From Spirochaetia bacterium (GTDB lineage Bacteria; Spirochaetota; Spirochaetia; UBA9216), in NCBI GenBank assembly GCA_963677925.2, contig CAXXYH010000003.1:2112001-2176000 (forward strand): 64,000 nt of DNA, read 5' to 3'. The translations under genes were made by a program, and so were the position numbers. Positions 9,888 through 19,253 of the stretch are shown here, piece by piece. Position 1 is the first letter of the stretch. Each line of letters starts with the position of its first letter. The notes beneath the pieces were generated by a model. It saw only the letters and a program-made list of their open reading frames with translations, had not been told where the DNA came from and did no database searches.

Positions 9888-11450
9888 TTAAAATAAATCC
9901 ATTGTCTCCTGAATATTTCTGCTGTGCGGCGACAGCCAGTCTGTCATTAGAAAATGCCAGGTAAGACCAGCTGTTAAGGCCCAGTCTCCGGACGGCCCTA
10001 CCGGATAGAAGATTCCATACAGTTCTACAGGGGTTTCTGCATCCCATCTTAAGCCGGCCATTATTCCGGCATTAATTACCAGCCCATCCAGAACTGCCAA
10101 TCCCTGCGGCTGAAATGAGTAATCATATTCATCAAAATTATTATCTTCAGAACTCATAGTATCCATCCACATACCGGCTGTCGCCTGGCCGCCGATATAT
10201 GCAGAAAGGTCATCACCAAAACGCAGGAAGTATTTAGCCATAACTTCAAAACCGAAAGTCATGGCACCTGTCGACATTTCAGCAGTTCTTGTTACTTCCT
10301 GCAGAACGCTTCCGCCGTAAGGATCTTCCGGATCCTCTACCCACTCATTTTCAGTGTATGAAACATCAACCGTCGGTCCCGGAACATAGCCGAAATAGAA
10401 ATTAAGCAGCTCAAGGGACATGTTTCCGAACCCAAGCGTGAAAAACGGAATAGTCAGTCTGTGTTCCATTGCTGGTGAAGCTGTTGCAACCACAATTCCC
10501 GGCTCATCATCATATGAAGATTCATCATAATAAACAGGCATATCACCCAGATACCTGAACTGATATCCGACAGCCATCATGGCTGAGTAGAAATCATAAC
10601 TGGGGTCATTGCTCCAGAACAGATTTGAGCGGCCTTCAGCGTGTGATGCGGCTGTAAGTTCATCACGGGCACCCGAGTCAGCAGCTTCAGGGAAGGCTTG
10701 TGATTTTAATGTCAGATTAATCATTGTATCAATGGCATTCTGTTCTGCATCGTCCCCGATTATAAAAAACTCTGCCGCCATATCAACAAAGTTCTGATAT
10801 GATCCCTGCGGAGCTTCAGGATGTGAAGCATAGTAGGCGCTGTACCATATTCGGGCTCCGGTTCTTGCATCAATAAGTTCCAGAGCCGGATACATTCCCA
10901 GACCGAATACAATTTTACCGACATTTGCCGAGTATGTATTTACCGAATATCCGTAGGAAGCACGATAGTTTGATATAGGTACAAAATATTCTACTGGATA
11001 ATAGCGGACAACAAGGACTGCATCATGGCCTTCCGAAACAGCCTGTCGGCGCAGGTCTTTAAGATTACCCCCTGAAAAGCTGCTGAGATATGAATTATCC
11101 CACCCGAGATCAGCAAGGACAACGGACAGGGATTCCGCAAGCTTATCATCAAGCTCCGGGTTGAAGCCTGAACCGGATAGAGGATATGCCGGAGTAGTAA
11201 GCTTTGGAGTAACTGATTCAAACTCACAAAGTGTATTTCTAAAATATACTACATCCTGCATAGCATACGCCGTAATAAAATCTGCCGAGGGGTTGTCAGT
11301 TCTTTCATCCTGATAACTCTCAACATAAATTCCTATGCTGTTGATTCCGAATGAAGGAAAATCATCAAGCAGTACTGATTCCGCCGATACCGATACACCG
11401 GCCCAAAACAGCACCACCGTCATTGTTAATAATAGTTTTAGTTTTTTCAC
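9888..11450 (-). CDS. Secreted protein, putative outer-membrane beta-barrel C-terminus
   Basis: Signal peptide; alternating amphipathic strands in the C-terminal half (FGFEVMAKYFLRF, INAGIMAGLRW, WALTAGLTWHF). Confidence 0.6.
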   Translation of the reverse strand: MKKLKLLLTMTVVLFWAGVSVSAESVLLDDFPSFGINSIGIYVESYQDERTDNPSADFITAYAMQDVVYFRNTLCEFESVTPKLTTPAYPLSGSGFNPELDDKLAESLSVVLADLGWDNSYLSSFSGGNLKDLRRQAVSEGHDAVLVVRYYPVEYFVPISNYRASYGYSVNTYSANVGKIVFGLGMYPALELIDARTGARIWYSAYYASHPEAPQGSYQNFVDMAAEFFIIGDDAEQNAIDTMINLTLKSQAFPEAADSGARDELTAASHAEGRSNLFWSNDPSYDFYSAMMAVGYQFRYLGDMPVYYDESSYDDEPGIVVATASPAMEHRLTIPFFTLGFGNMSLELLNFYFGYVPGPTVDVSYTENEWVEDPEDPYGGSVLQEVTRTAEMSTGAMTFGFEVMAKYFLRFGDDLSAYIGGQATAGMWMDTMSSEDNNFDEYDYSFQPQGLAVLDGLVINAGIMAGLRWDAETPVELYGIFYPVGPSGDWALTAGLTWHFLMTDWLSPHSRNIQETMDLF

Positions 11451-11471
11451 GTTTTTCTCCTGATTTTAAAA

Positions 11472-12947
11472 TTAAAAGAATACATAATCGTATGTATGCA
11501 TTTCATCAATTACAGACCCTATCTCCGCAGCACTAAGTTCAAGATCCGGAAACAATATAGCTGACAAGGATATCATTAAGCTTCGGTCTGCTGACATTCT
11601 CTCAATTTCCTGCCATTTCTCAAGTCCAGACAAGTCATCATCATCAAGCAGATTATTTAGAGTCATACCAATAAATGAAACCCCGCCATTTTTTACTGAG
11701 AGTATGTATAAAAGTTTATTTAAATTTTCAATTTCAGCTTTTGATTTATACCCGGAGTCAGAAAGAACCTTCAGCTCCTGAATATAACTGTTAAGCTCTT
11801 CAAGCTCTGACCCTTCCTTTTCAGCAGCCTCTTTTTCAAGGTCCTGAATAAGCAGATCAATATTTCTCATTTTTTCCGGAATGGTCTCAAGAATACAAAG
11901 CCCTGCCGCAGCCTTTAGAATGTTCAGCCTTGCAGCTTGAAAAGTATCAGCTCCGGACTCCCGTGAAAGTTCTTCAATAATTGCAATCACCTGATCCCAC
12001 TGCTCATTTTTCAGAAACCACCCGGCCTGGTCGTATTTATCACGTTCATTAATATCAATTCTGCGCTTTTCAATTTCATCCATATCAAGATACATCAAGG
12101 GTACATCTGATCTTAAATAATCATAGAAACTGAATAGTGAATCTGTATTTTTATTTTTTGCAAGAATTATACTTCCGATACTGACCACTTCTTTTTTATT
12201 TCCGTAAGTTTCCGCATATTCTGCAAACAGCGACAAGGCCGCAGCATCATTCTGCAGCGCAACACAGACAGCAAAACTTTTTATATCAGTTTCAGGTCTT
12301 ATTTTGAAAGGATAATCAAAACCTTCCGGAGATAACTTTGTATCTAAATAGGACAGAGAACTGTTAGAGTAGTGAGAGAATCCAAGTTTACGAAGATTTC
12401 CGATGCTTACTATATCAGGAACTTCAGCAGCATAGCCGATAGGAGCTATTTCATATGCGACCTCGATACGATCTTCCTGAGTTTTTAATTTAGAAGAAAT
12501 CAGTTTTTTAGCTTCATCACTGTTCCCATTGATGAATAGCTCCACAGCCCGGTCCTTGGCGTATTCGACAGTCTGATGTTCATACTGCTTGTTCCGCTGA
12601 ATGCTGGTCACCAGTCCATCAATCCAGCTGTAAAAGATGGATCCTGCCATTACCGATGCTCCAACTAATCCAATGGGAGACATCTCACCCGAATCTTCCG
12701 ACATCGTCCCTATTCCAAGCGCAGTTCCGCCGACCATAGCTCCGGCCAAAACTCCGGCTTCAATGAATTCGCCCTGAACCAGCTGCCCGACAACAGGTAT
12801 ATATCCTAAGATGATCGTGGGAAGAACTCCCAAAGGCTTTTTTTCTTGGGCAGCATCTTCATAGGTAACAGGGTTTGTTACACAGGAGCTGAATATGGAA
12901 ATCAATAAAAATAAAGTAATAAAAATTGAGTTTATATTCTTTTTCAT
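11472..12947 (-). CDS. Lipoprotein of unknown function
   Basis: Lipobox IFSSC, Gly-rich hydrophobic hairpin, long helical C-terminal region. Confidence 0.7.
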   Translation of the reverse strand: MKKNINSIFITLFLLISIFSSCVTNPVTYEDAAQEKKPLGVLPTIILGYIPVVGQLVQGEFIEAGVLAGAMVGGTALGIGTMSEDSGEMSPIGLVGASVMAGSIFYSWIDGLVTSIQRNKQYEHQTVEYAKDRAVELFINGNSDEAKKLISSKLKTQEDRIEVAYEIAPIGYAAEVPDIVSIGNLRKLGFSHYSNSSLSYLDTKLSPEGFDYPFKIRPETDIKSFAVCVALQNDAAALSLFAEYAETYGNKKEVVSIGSIILAKNKNTDSLFSFYDYLRSDVPLMYLDMDEIEKRRIDINERDKYDQAGWFLKNEQWDQVIAIIEELSRESGADTFQAARLNILKAAAGLCILETIPEKMRNIDLLIQDLEKEAAEKEGSELEELNSYIQELKVLSDSGYKSKAEIENLNKLLYILSVKNGGVSFIGMTLNNLLDDDDLSGLEKWQEIERMSADRSLMISLSAILFPDLELSAAEIGSVIDEMHTYDYVFF

Positions 12948-12971
12948 TTTAATTCCTTCTCAGGTCATGAG

Positions 12972-14375
12972 CTATTTCAATAATGAGTAGACCACCGGCA
13001 TATAACCATTTACGCCTTCACCTTCTTCCGAATATAGAAGCAATGCCTCATCTGCTGATTTATTGAATTTGATACAAAGTCCCGTCGTCTGAGCTTCACT
13101 GCTTACATCAATTGAAGACTCACTACTCCAGAGAGACCCGTTGTACAATGAATGGTATATCCCTCTCATTCCTGTATCTGAATTTTCATAGTCCCATACA
13201 GCCGCGGCGTTTCCGGAGGAATCAGAAGCTACTTCTGGAGAATCGGTAAAACTGTCGGCAGATCCGATTTCTTCTTTTCCGGTCCAGTTTGTACCATTAA
13301 AAATGTTTACGCATATCTTTGGTTCTGATGAACCGTTATAATATTTCCAGACTGCAACAGCTTTTCCTTCCGGAAGAATATCAACAACAGCACCCTCTAT
13401 ATCAGAACCGTCACTGCATATAAATGCTGAACCGACCCATGAACTACCGTCAAAAGTATTAGCACCAATATTCCACCGGCTTCCGTCATACTGCTCCCAA
13501 ACGGCCACAGCATTTCCGGAAGAGTCAGCAGCAAGTGAAATTTCATAATCAATATTATCTCCGTCTTCAATATTCTCAGGTGCCTCCCAGGCAGAACCAG
13601 TGTAAACCGAAGCGTATGCATCACGGTAATCAGAGGAGCTGTAAGTATCCTGAAGCCATACCGCAACAGCAGTATGTTCACCATTATAGGCAATGCCGGG
13701 ATCCCAGGCAGAATCCAGACTATCCATGTTAAGTATTACAGGAGTATCCCAGCTGCCGCTTTCATATACTGCAGCATAAACATCATCATTCTGCTTCCAG
13801 ACTGCAATAGCCTCATCAGCTGACGGGCTGTATGCTACATCCGGGGAATACGCCTGAGGAAATGACAGGCCTGTAACAGAAAGCCGTTCTGCTGCACTCC
13901 AGCCTGTTCCGTCAAAGATACGGCACCAGACCGTGTCATATGATTCACTTTCAAGCTCTCCGCTCCAGACAACTACAGCCTTACCACTGGAACTGATATC
14001 AATATCAAATCCGCCCAGATAATCTCCGTAAGCACCGCCCCACAAACATTCAGACGTTCCCCATGCCGTCCCGTCAAATGTGTTAACCCAAAGCCCGCCA
14101 TCAACTTCCCAGGCTGCCGCTGCAGTACCATTTGCAGAGTATGCAACCTCAGGGTTTACACTGTCATCACCGGCAACTGACGGATCTACAATCGATTCTA
14201 CAGAAGTCCAGGATTTATCCAGTATTGAACTTACACTATCTGTTCCTTCACCGGAGGTATCTTCCGAGGTAGAGTCTCCTGTATTGTCTTGCGAGGGATT
14301 GGTAGGATCTGAGCAATTAAACAAGCCGGCGATCATTAAAAGAACGCCTACAATAATTAATTTTCTAATATTCAT
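12972..14375 (-). CDS. Lipoprotein with about 8 internal repeats (putative beta-propeller)
   Basis: Lipobox GLFNC, S/T/D linker, repeats of P-x-[VI]A...G-x-A-x-[AV]VW...[FY]-x-G-x-x-W. Confidence 0.75.
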   Translation of the reverse strand: MNIRKLIIVGVLLMIAGLFNCSDPTNPSQDNTGDSTSEDTSGEGTDSVSSILDKSWTSVESIVDPSVAGDDSVNPEVAYSANGTAAAAWEVDGGLWVNTFDGTAWGTSECLWGGAYGDYLGGFDIDISSSGKAVVVWSGELESESYDTVWCRIFDGTGWSAAERLSVTGLSFPQAYSPDVAYSPSADEAIAVWKQNDDVYAAVYESGSWDTPVILNMDSLDSAWDPGIAYNGEHTAVAVWLQDTYSSSDYRDAYASVYTGSAWEAPENIEDGDNIDYEISLAADSSGNAVAVWEQYDGSRWNIGANTFDGSSWVGSAFICSDGSDIEGAVVDILPEGKAVAVWKYYNGSSEPKICVNIFNGTNWTGKEEIGSADSFTDSPEVASDSSGNAAAVWDYENSDTGMRGIYHSLYNGSLWSSESSIDVSSEAQTTGLCIKFNKSADEALLLYSEEGEGVNGYMPVVYSLLK

Positions 14376-14415
14376 TTTTTCTCCAGGGATTTTTGGAAAT
14401 TATAAAATGATACTG

Positions 14416-14465
14416 ATTATAGATAAATCAGGAATAATCCCCTGTTTTTAAGGGTATTTCCCCTA
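14416..14465 (-). promoter_or_regulatory. -10 box plus two tandem AGG-N8-CCT boxes upstream of the surface-protein operon
   Basis: TATAAT on the minus strand at 14416-14421; CAGGAATAATCCCCTG (14429) and AAGGGTATTTCCCCTA (14450), 21 bp apart. Confidence 0.55.
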
Positions 14466-14827
14466 TTGAGATACATCCCATTTAACTTTTTCTATATGCA
14501 ATTGCATTTTTCCTGAACTAATTTTAAACTGTCCATCTGGTTCTTTAAAAAGGGCCACTGAATTAACATAAGGCTCGATTTTTCAGGAGAAACTCTTTGA
14601 GCACAGCTTCATATTTTAAGATACTCAGCAGTAACAGACTGATTTGCCTTAACTATACAAATGAAGCTAATCCGGAGGATCTCAAGAACGGCATAAAAAA
14701 ATGTCGGTAGACCCTGAATGTTCAGTCACCGGAAGCAACCAACTCTTTCAACTACATAAAATATGATCTGAAAAATATAGGCGACAGAAAATCCGCTTTT
14801 ATATCTAACAGTTCAAATGAGGTAAGG

Positions 14828-15406
14828 ATGGATTACGATAAGATCTACAGTTTTATTCATGAACTGGATAAATTAAAAACAGTCTACAGAAAAACAATTC
14901 TTTCAGACGGCTCAAGAAATGAAAATTCAGCAGAACACAGCTGGCATTTGGCAGTTATGATTATGATGCTTACTGAAGAAATTGATGATGATATAGACTT
15001 CATTAAAATCCTGCAAATGGCGCTCGTTCATGATATCTGCGAAATAGGTTCAGGGGATATCTCAGTTTATGATGAAGGCAGGGATGATATACAGTCTTCA
15101 GAAAAAGAGTATCTGCAGGAACTTGCAGTCCGTTTTCCCGGCTCTTTCACTGACGGCGTTCTAAGACTCTGGGAGGAGTATGAGGAACAGCAAAGCCCTG
15201 AAAGCAGATGGGTTAAAGTATTTGACCGGCTCCTGCCCTTCTGCATGAACCTGATAACCGAGGGACGTTCATGGCAGGAGCAGAAAGTGAAAAAACACCA
15301 GGTATTGAAAATTCATGAACCCATCAGACTGCAGGCTCCAGAGATGTTTGAATGGGTGAAGGCAAAAGCAGATGAAGCCGTTAAAAAAGGCTGGCTGGAC
15401 GAATAG
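14828..15406 (+). CDS. HD-domain hydrolase (HD_3/YfbR-like)
   Basis: ENSAEHSWHLA, ALVHDICEI, DRLLP. Confidence 0.9.
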   Translation: MDYDKIYSFIHELDKLKTVYRKTILSDGSRNENSAEHSWHLAVMIMMLTEEIDDDIDFIKILQMALVHDICEIGSGDISVYDEGRDDIQSSEKEYLQELAVRFPGSFTDGVLRLWEEYEEQQSPESRWVKVFDRLLPFCMNLITEGRSWQEQKVKKHQVLKIHEPIRLQAPEMFEWVKAKADEAVKKGWLDE

Positions 15407-15451
15407 AAGCGAATGCCTATAGAATCCCCGCATCCTCATTCCGGCAGCCAA

Positions 15452-15970
15452 TCAGTTTTCGATTACAAGAAGAGGATCCTGCACTTGGCATTCAAGGGTT
15501 ATCTCGGCATAGTCCACCATATTCAAACTTTCACCACTTTCTCTTGCCGCATCAATTACATCCTGTGAAATAAAGGCCAGGACATAGGTTATACGAAATA
15601 TTCCAGCTTTCCTGTCTTTAAGATCAATATCAATTAAAGTCTGTACCGGGACTTTTATTAAATCTCCATTCTCACCCGTATATTTTACGGATATTTTTTC
15701 GAGAATAAGATTATGCTCATCTGCAGTTTTTCCGAATATAGCCTGAACAGGAATAATACTGCTGTATATCGTGTTTACAATTTCATCCCGGTCTCCAGTT
15801 AGAAATACAGACCTGAGCTCATCAATTTTTATAGTTGTTTTTAAATAACCCTCAAACTCGGTTCCGTCGGCGGTAAGGCCGTTTGCTGAAAAAGTTGCAT
15901 TCAAATCATTAGCAAAAACAGCAGATAGACAACAAACAGAGAGAAGTATCAGTATAATTATTCTTTTCAT
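15452..15970 (-). CDS. Secreted hypothetical protein
   Basis: Signal peptide ending AVFA; 172-aa ORF. Confidence 0.65.
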   Translation of the reverse strand: MKRIIILILLSVCCLSAVFANDLNATFSANGLTADGTEFEGYLKTTIKIDELRSVFLTGDRDEIVNTIYSSIIPVQAIFGKTADEHNLILEKISVKYTGENGDLIKVPVQTLIDIDLKDRKAGIFRITYVLAFISQDVIDAARESGESLNMVDYAEITLECQVQDPLLVIEN

Positions 15971-16052
15971 AGGCGGATGATAGGAAAAATGTAAATTGCA
16001 GTCAACAGATATTTAAGATAAACTCGGAATTATCAGAATACCGGAGTAAGAA

Positions 16053-16703
16053 ATGCAGACTAATCATAAATTTGTTTATATTCTTCTGCCTATATTATTA
16101 ACTATTATAACTTCAATTATATTCCATTTTGCTTCTTTAATTCTGGGCATTGATTGGGGTTATCTAACAGGTTTTATGTTCTACTATTTAATCTGGTGTA
16201 TTCTTATTCCTCTAATAATTACAGGCAAGTCATTCCTCAGTTTTTTTAAAGATGGTCACTCATTGTTGAAAATGAAAAACTGGTGGATAATAATCCTGTT
16301 TTTATCGACTCTCGCGGCGCCGGTTTTTATGTATTTTATTCCAAAACTTCCTGAAGCAGTACCTGCCATCATAATACTTGCGGCGCCCCTCTCAATTATT
16401 CATGGAATATGTGAAGAACTCTTCTGGAGAGGATTATACATTAAGCAGTTTCCTGACAGCATTATCTGGTCAGTAATAATTCCATCGGTCATGTTTTCAC
16501 TCTGGCATATAGCACCCCAGTTTTCCATCCGCAGTGAACATCCCTTTATTTTCATAATCTCAACAGTTCCTCTGGGTTTAACCTACGCTATCACCGCCTA
16601 TGCTACAAAATCAGCAAAGTGGCCGGCAATCGGGCACGCCTTCAGCACTTTTATGGCGTTCAGCCTGCCGATATCATCAAGCCTGTATAACATTATTAAA
16701 TAG
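16053..16703 (+). CDS. CPBP (Abi/CAAX-type) intramembrane glutamic endopeptidase
   Basis: EELFWRG, FSLWH and a late His (IGHAFST); multi-TM. Confidence 0.88.
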   Translation: MQTNHKFVYILLPILLTIITSIIFHFASLILGIDWGYLTGFMFYYLIWCILIPLIITGKSFLSFFKDGHSLLKMKNWWIIILFLSTLAAPVFMYFIPKLPEAVPAIIILAAPLSIIHGICEELFWRGLYIKQFPDSIIWSVIIPSVMFSLWHIAPQFSIRSEHPFIFIISTVPLGLTYAITAYATKSAKWPAIGHAFSTFMAFSLPISSSLYNIIK

Positions 16704-16724
16704 AATAATACCAGCTTATGATTT

Positions 16725-17405
16725 TTAAAAATCTCCAGGCTCAAACAACCTGCGTCCTTCTTCCATTAAGACAGGCCCCGCAATTTTTTCGAGAATATTC
16801 CTGTCCGCTGCGAGATATCCTGATCCGCAGGAGCCGGCGGTTTTCTTAACAGCCCCCTTACGGCACAGCGAAGATAGACTTCTTGTTAAATGACGATAAC
16901 TGCAGCCCATCCATTCTGACAGCTGAATCAGATTCTGGGCTTTCAGTTCAGGATCCTTAAACTCGAGATAGTAATGGGCCAGTCTCACTTCAAGCGGATA
17001 ATTAGTATTGACGGCTTCCGAAACTGAATTTTCATGCAGCTTTCTTGCCAGCCCCTTTCCGACAAGGAAAATCAATTCTGAGAATCCCGGAAGATTATCT
17101 CTTATACTGGAAGTCGGAAGTGAAATCGTTTTTGCGGCCTCTATACATTGAACCGAACATGAGGCCGCTTCGCCTCCTGTAAAAAGCTCTATGTCACCCA
17201 TGATGGATCCGGGCAGATATATACGGTACAGCATATCACGTCCGTTGCTTAATGATCTGAAGACTCTGAATCTTCCGGACTCGATAAAATGAAGGTAATC
17301 AAGCGGCTCACCCTCCAGGCAGAGGATGTCTGTTTTTTTCCAGTCGATCCGGACCGACGCTGTAGATTCTGTAAAAAATGATTTAATTTCAGTCAAGTGG
17401 GACAT
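16725..17405 (-). CDS. Crp/Fnr-family transcriptional regulator (YeiL-like)
   Basis: cNMP domain (EGEPLDYLHFIESG...GDIELF), HTH (LSEWMGCSYRHLTR); ATG at 17405 with AGGAGG RBS. Confidence 0.88.
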   Translation of the reverse strand: MSHLTEIKSFFTESTASVRIDWKKTDILCLEGEPLDYLHFIESGRFRVFRSLSNGRDMLYRIYLPGSIMGDIELFTGGEAASCSVQCIEAAKTISLPTSSIRDNLPGFSELIFLVGKGLARKLHENSVSEAVNTNYPLEVRLAHYYLEFKDPELKAQNLIQLSEWMGCSYRHLTRSLSSLCRKGAVKKTAGSCGSGYLAADRNILEKIAGPVLMEEGRRLFEPGDF

Positions 17406-17441
17406 ATGTCCTACCTCCTTAAACAGATTGTAGGATAGAAT
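17397..17441 (+). promoter_or_regulatory. Palindromic Crp-family site (GGACATATGTCC) and -10 box of the DMT gene
   Basis: GTGGGACATATGTCCTAC near-perfect 18-bp palindrome; TAGAAT at 17436-17441. Confidence 0.65.
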
Positions 17442-17467
17442 ATCAAGCATAACAAGCAGGAGTTGCA

Positions 17468-18367
17468 ATGTATTTCTTTTTATCAGTTCTTACCGGCGGC
17501 CTTGTCGCCTTAATGATTCAGTTCAACGGAGTTCTGCAGACGGCAGTCGGCGGAAGCGCAGCATTGCTGTCTATTCACATCTGCGGATTAAGCGGAGCAT
17601 TGGTACTTCTGATTACAGCCTACCGGCGAATGAAGGGAGATCCTTCAGAAAAATCACCGAAAATATTTCTAACAGCCGGAATGCTTGGAAGCCTGATCGT
17701 ATATCTTGCAAGTGTAATATTCGAGAAGGGCGGAATACTGTTTTCATTAAGCGGTTCACTTGCAGGCCAGACTCTGGCTGCGGCCGCTGCTGAAAGTTTT
17801 TATAAAGCTGACAGAACACGGTCTCCGCTGATTCAGAGAATCCTTTCCCCGGCACTGCTTATTCCGGGTTCGATTATTATTGGACTCAAGGCAGGTGCCG
17901 GTCCGCTGTGGATTATCCTCTCATGGACTCCAGGAATTATCCTGATGATTCAGCAGCATATGAACTCAAGAAATACCGCCCGGTACGGAACACCCCGGAC
18001 AGTTGTTTTTAATTATATATCAGCTCTTATAATAATAATTCCGCTGTTCTTCTTCTCAACCTTAAAAAGCAGCGGCTCTGCAGAGGTCGGACAGAGTCTG
18101 CCGGAAATAGCAGCCCTGCCCTGGTATATATTTGCGGGCGGCGGCCTGATTGGTGTTTTTACAACAGGTATGATTGCCTATCTTCTCCTGAAGTCTCCGG
18201 CGCTTGTTGTAACGCTCGGAGTCTATGCCGGGGAACTTGCCGGCGGCCTTATACTTGACATCTGGTTCGGACTCGGAATAGCGCCGGTAAAACTTATTGG
18301 TATTATTCTGATCATCGCAGGACTGGGTGCCGGGAAGATCAGACCTTCACAAAAGATAACAAATTAA
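17468..18367 (+). CDS. DMT-superfamily transporter (two YdcZ-like repeats)
   Basis: QFNGVL / QQHMNSR repeats, GGGLIGV, about 10 TM. Confidence 0.8.
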   Translation: MYFFLSVLTGGLVALMIQFNGVLQTAVGGSAALLSIHICGLSGALVLLITAYRRMKGDPSEKSPKIFLTAGMLGSLIVYLASVIFEKGGILFSLSGSLAGQTLAAAAAESFYKADRTRSPLIQRILSPALLIPGSIIIGLKAGAGPLWIILSWTPGIILMIQQHMNSRNTARYGTPRTVVFNYISALIIIIPLFFFSTLKSSGSAEVGQSLPEIAALPWYIFAGGGLIGVFTTGMIAYLLLKSPALVVTLGVYAGELAGGLILDIWFGLGIAPVKLIGIILIIAGLGAGKIRPSQKITN

Positions 18368-18394
18368 TATAAAGTACCAGAGTAAGGATTTTTT

Positions 18395-18790
18395 ATGATA
18401 AAAAAAGTTTTAATCTTTCTTTCATTGATACTAATCTGTACAAATATTTTCTCAGCAGATCTGTACATGTATAAATTTGATTCCGATGTTATATATGCAA
18501 TAGCTATTGAAAAATCAATTGAGTTCGATGATGAATATATAGTCGGACTGCTTGAAATAAACCCATCCGGAGCTGAATGGTGGACAATCTCAACACATTG
18601 CTATGTTGATCAGAGTCATAAGATAATATCAAAGGTAGACCTCAACTTTCCAACGTTAGAGTTTAACGGAGCTTATCTTGATGCCTGCATAAACAGCCGT
18701 AACAACGTTATTTTACAGATGGAAAAAGTTGAGACCATAACATATAAAGGCTGTGAAATCATACTGCCTGAAGTATTCGACACGGATTAA
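18395..18790 (+). CDS. Secreted hypothetical protein
   Basis: Signal peptide (…NIFS/AD); RBS AAGGA. Confidence 0.6.
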   Translation: MIKKVLIFLSLILICTNIFSADLYMYKFDSDVIYAIAIEKSIEFDDEYIVGLLEINPSGAEWWTISTHCYVDQSHKIISKVDLNFPTLEFNGAYLDACINSRNNVILQMEKVETITYKGCEIILPEVFDTD

Positions 18791-18820
18791 CAGCCCTTCA
18801 GGTGATGGAGCAGTCAAAGC

Positions 18821-19235
18821 ATGATCCCCGAACTGTATAAAAAGTACTTTGCTGACAGGGAAGATGAAAGAAGAATGATGTTCAAAAAACTTTCTGACAC
18901 CTACAATCCGCAAAATGGTATATATCCCGGAAGTTTTATTCATGTCACCCCATCTTTTTACATACCGGATATGACCTATATAGATTCAGATAAAAGATTC
19001 GGCAGATTCTTCAAAGATGATAATCTTTTGAGGTATATTACTGATAATAAAAAATACAGTGATAAAGCGGAGCGGAGATAATTTCAGAATAATATCTGAT
19101 AATTTAGGTTCTTACTTTCAGAAAAAAGACGGAAGCCCTATCAACACTGAAAGAGTTTTCGAACGTATGATTGGGGAGAATTTTACAAAAAAAGCCTATG
19201 CATATATCTTCAGATATAATTGTTATATAGAATGA
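18821..19235 (+). pseudogene. Frameshifted or internally deleted conserved hypothetical (methyltransferase-like) gene
   Basis: The 86-aa ORF (IYPGSFIHVTPSF...YIDSDKR) stops at 19081. Another frame is open from about 19071 to 19235 (SGDNFRIISDNLGSYFQKK...KKAYAYIFRY). The junction sits at GCGGAGCGGAG. Confidence 0.55.
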
Positions 19236-19253
19236 TATTAAGGAGTTACCAAA

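Noticed and set aside
14466-14827. Long intergenic region as a possible riboswitch or ncRNA
   Set aside because: I could not recognise any conserved riboswitch motif or terminator/antiterminator pair; an Rfam scan would be needed.
16053-16703. Abi/CPBP gene as an anti-phage or bacteriocin-immunity system
   Set aside because: It is a stand-alone CPBP protease with no adjacent peptide precursor or defence genes; the family name alone is not evidence.
6200-19250. Patch of orphan and AT-richer genes as a genomic island or prophage
   Set aside because: No integrase, transposase, tRNA, att repeats or phage genes were seen; it looks like piecemeal accessory content.
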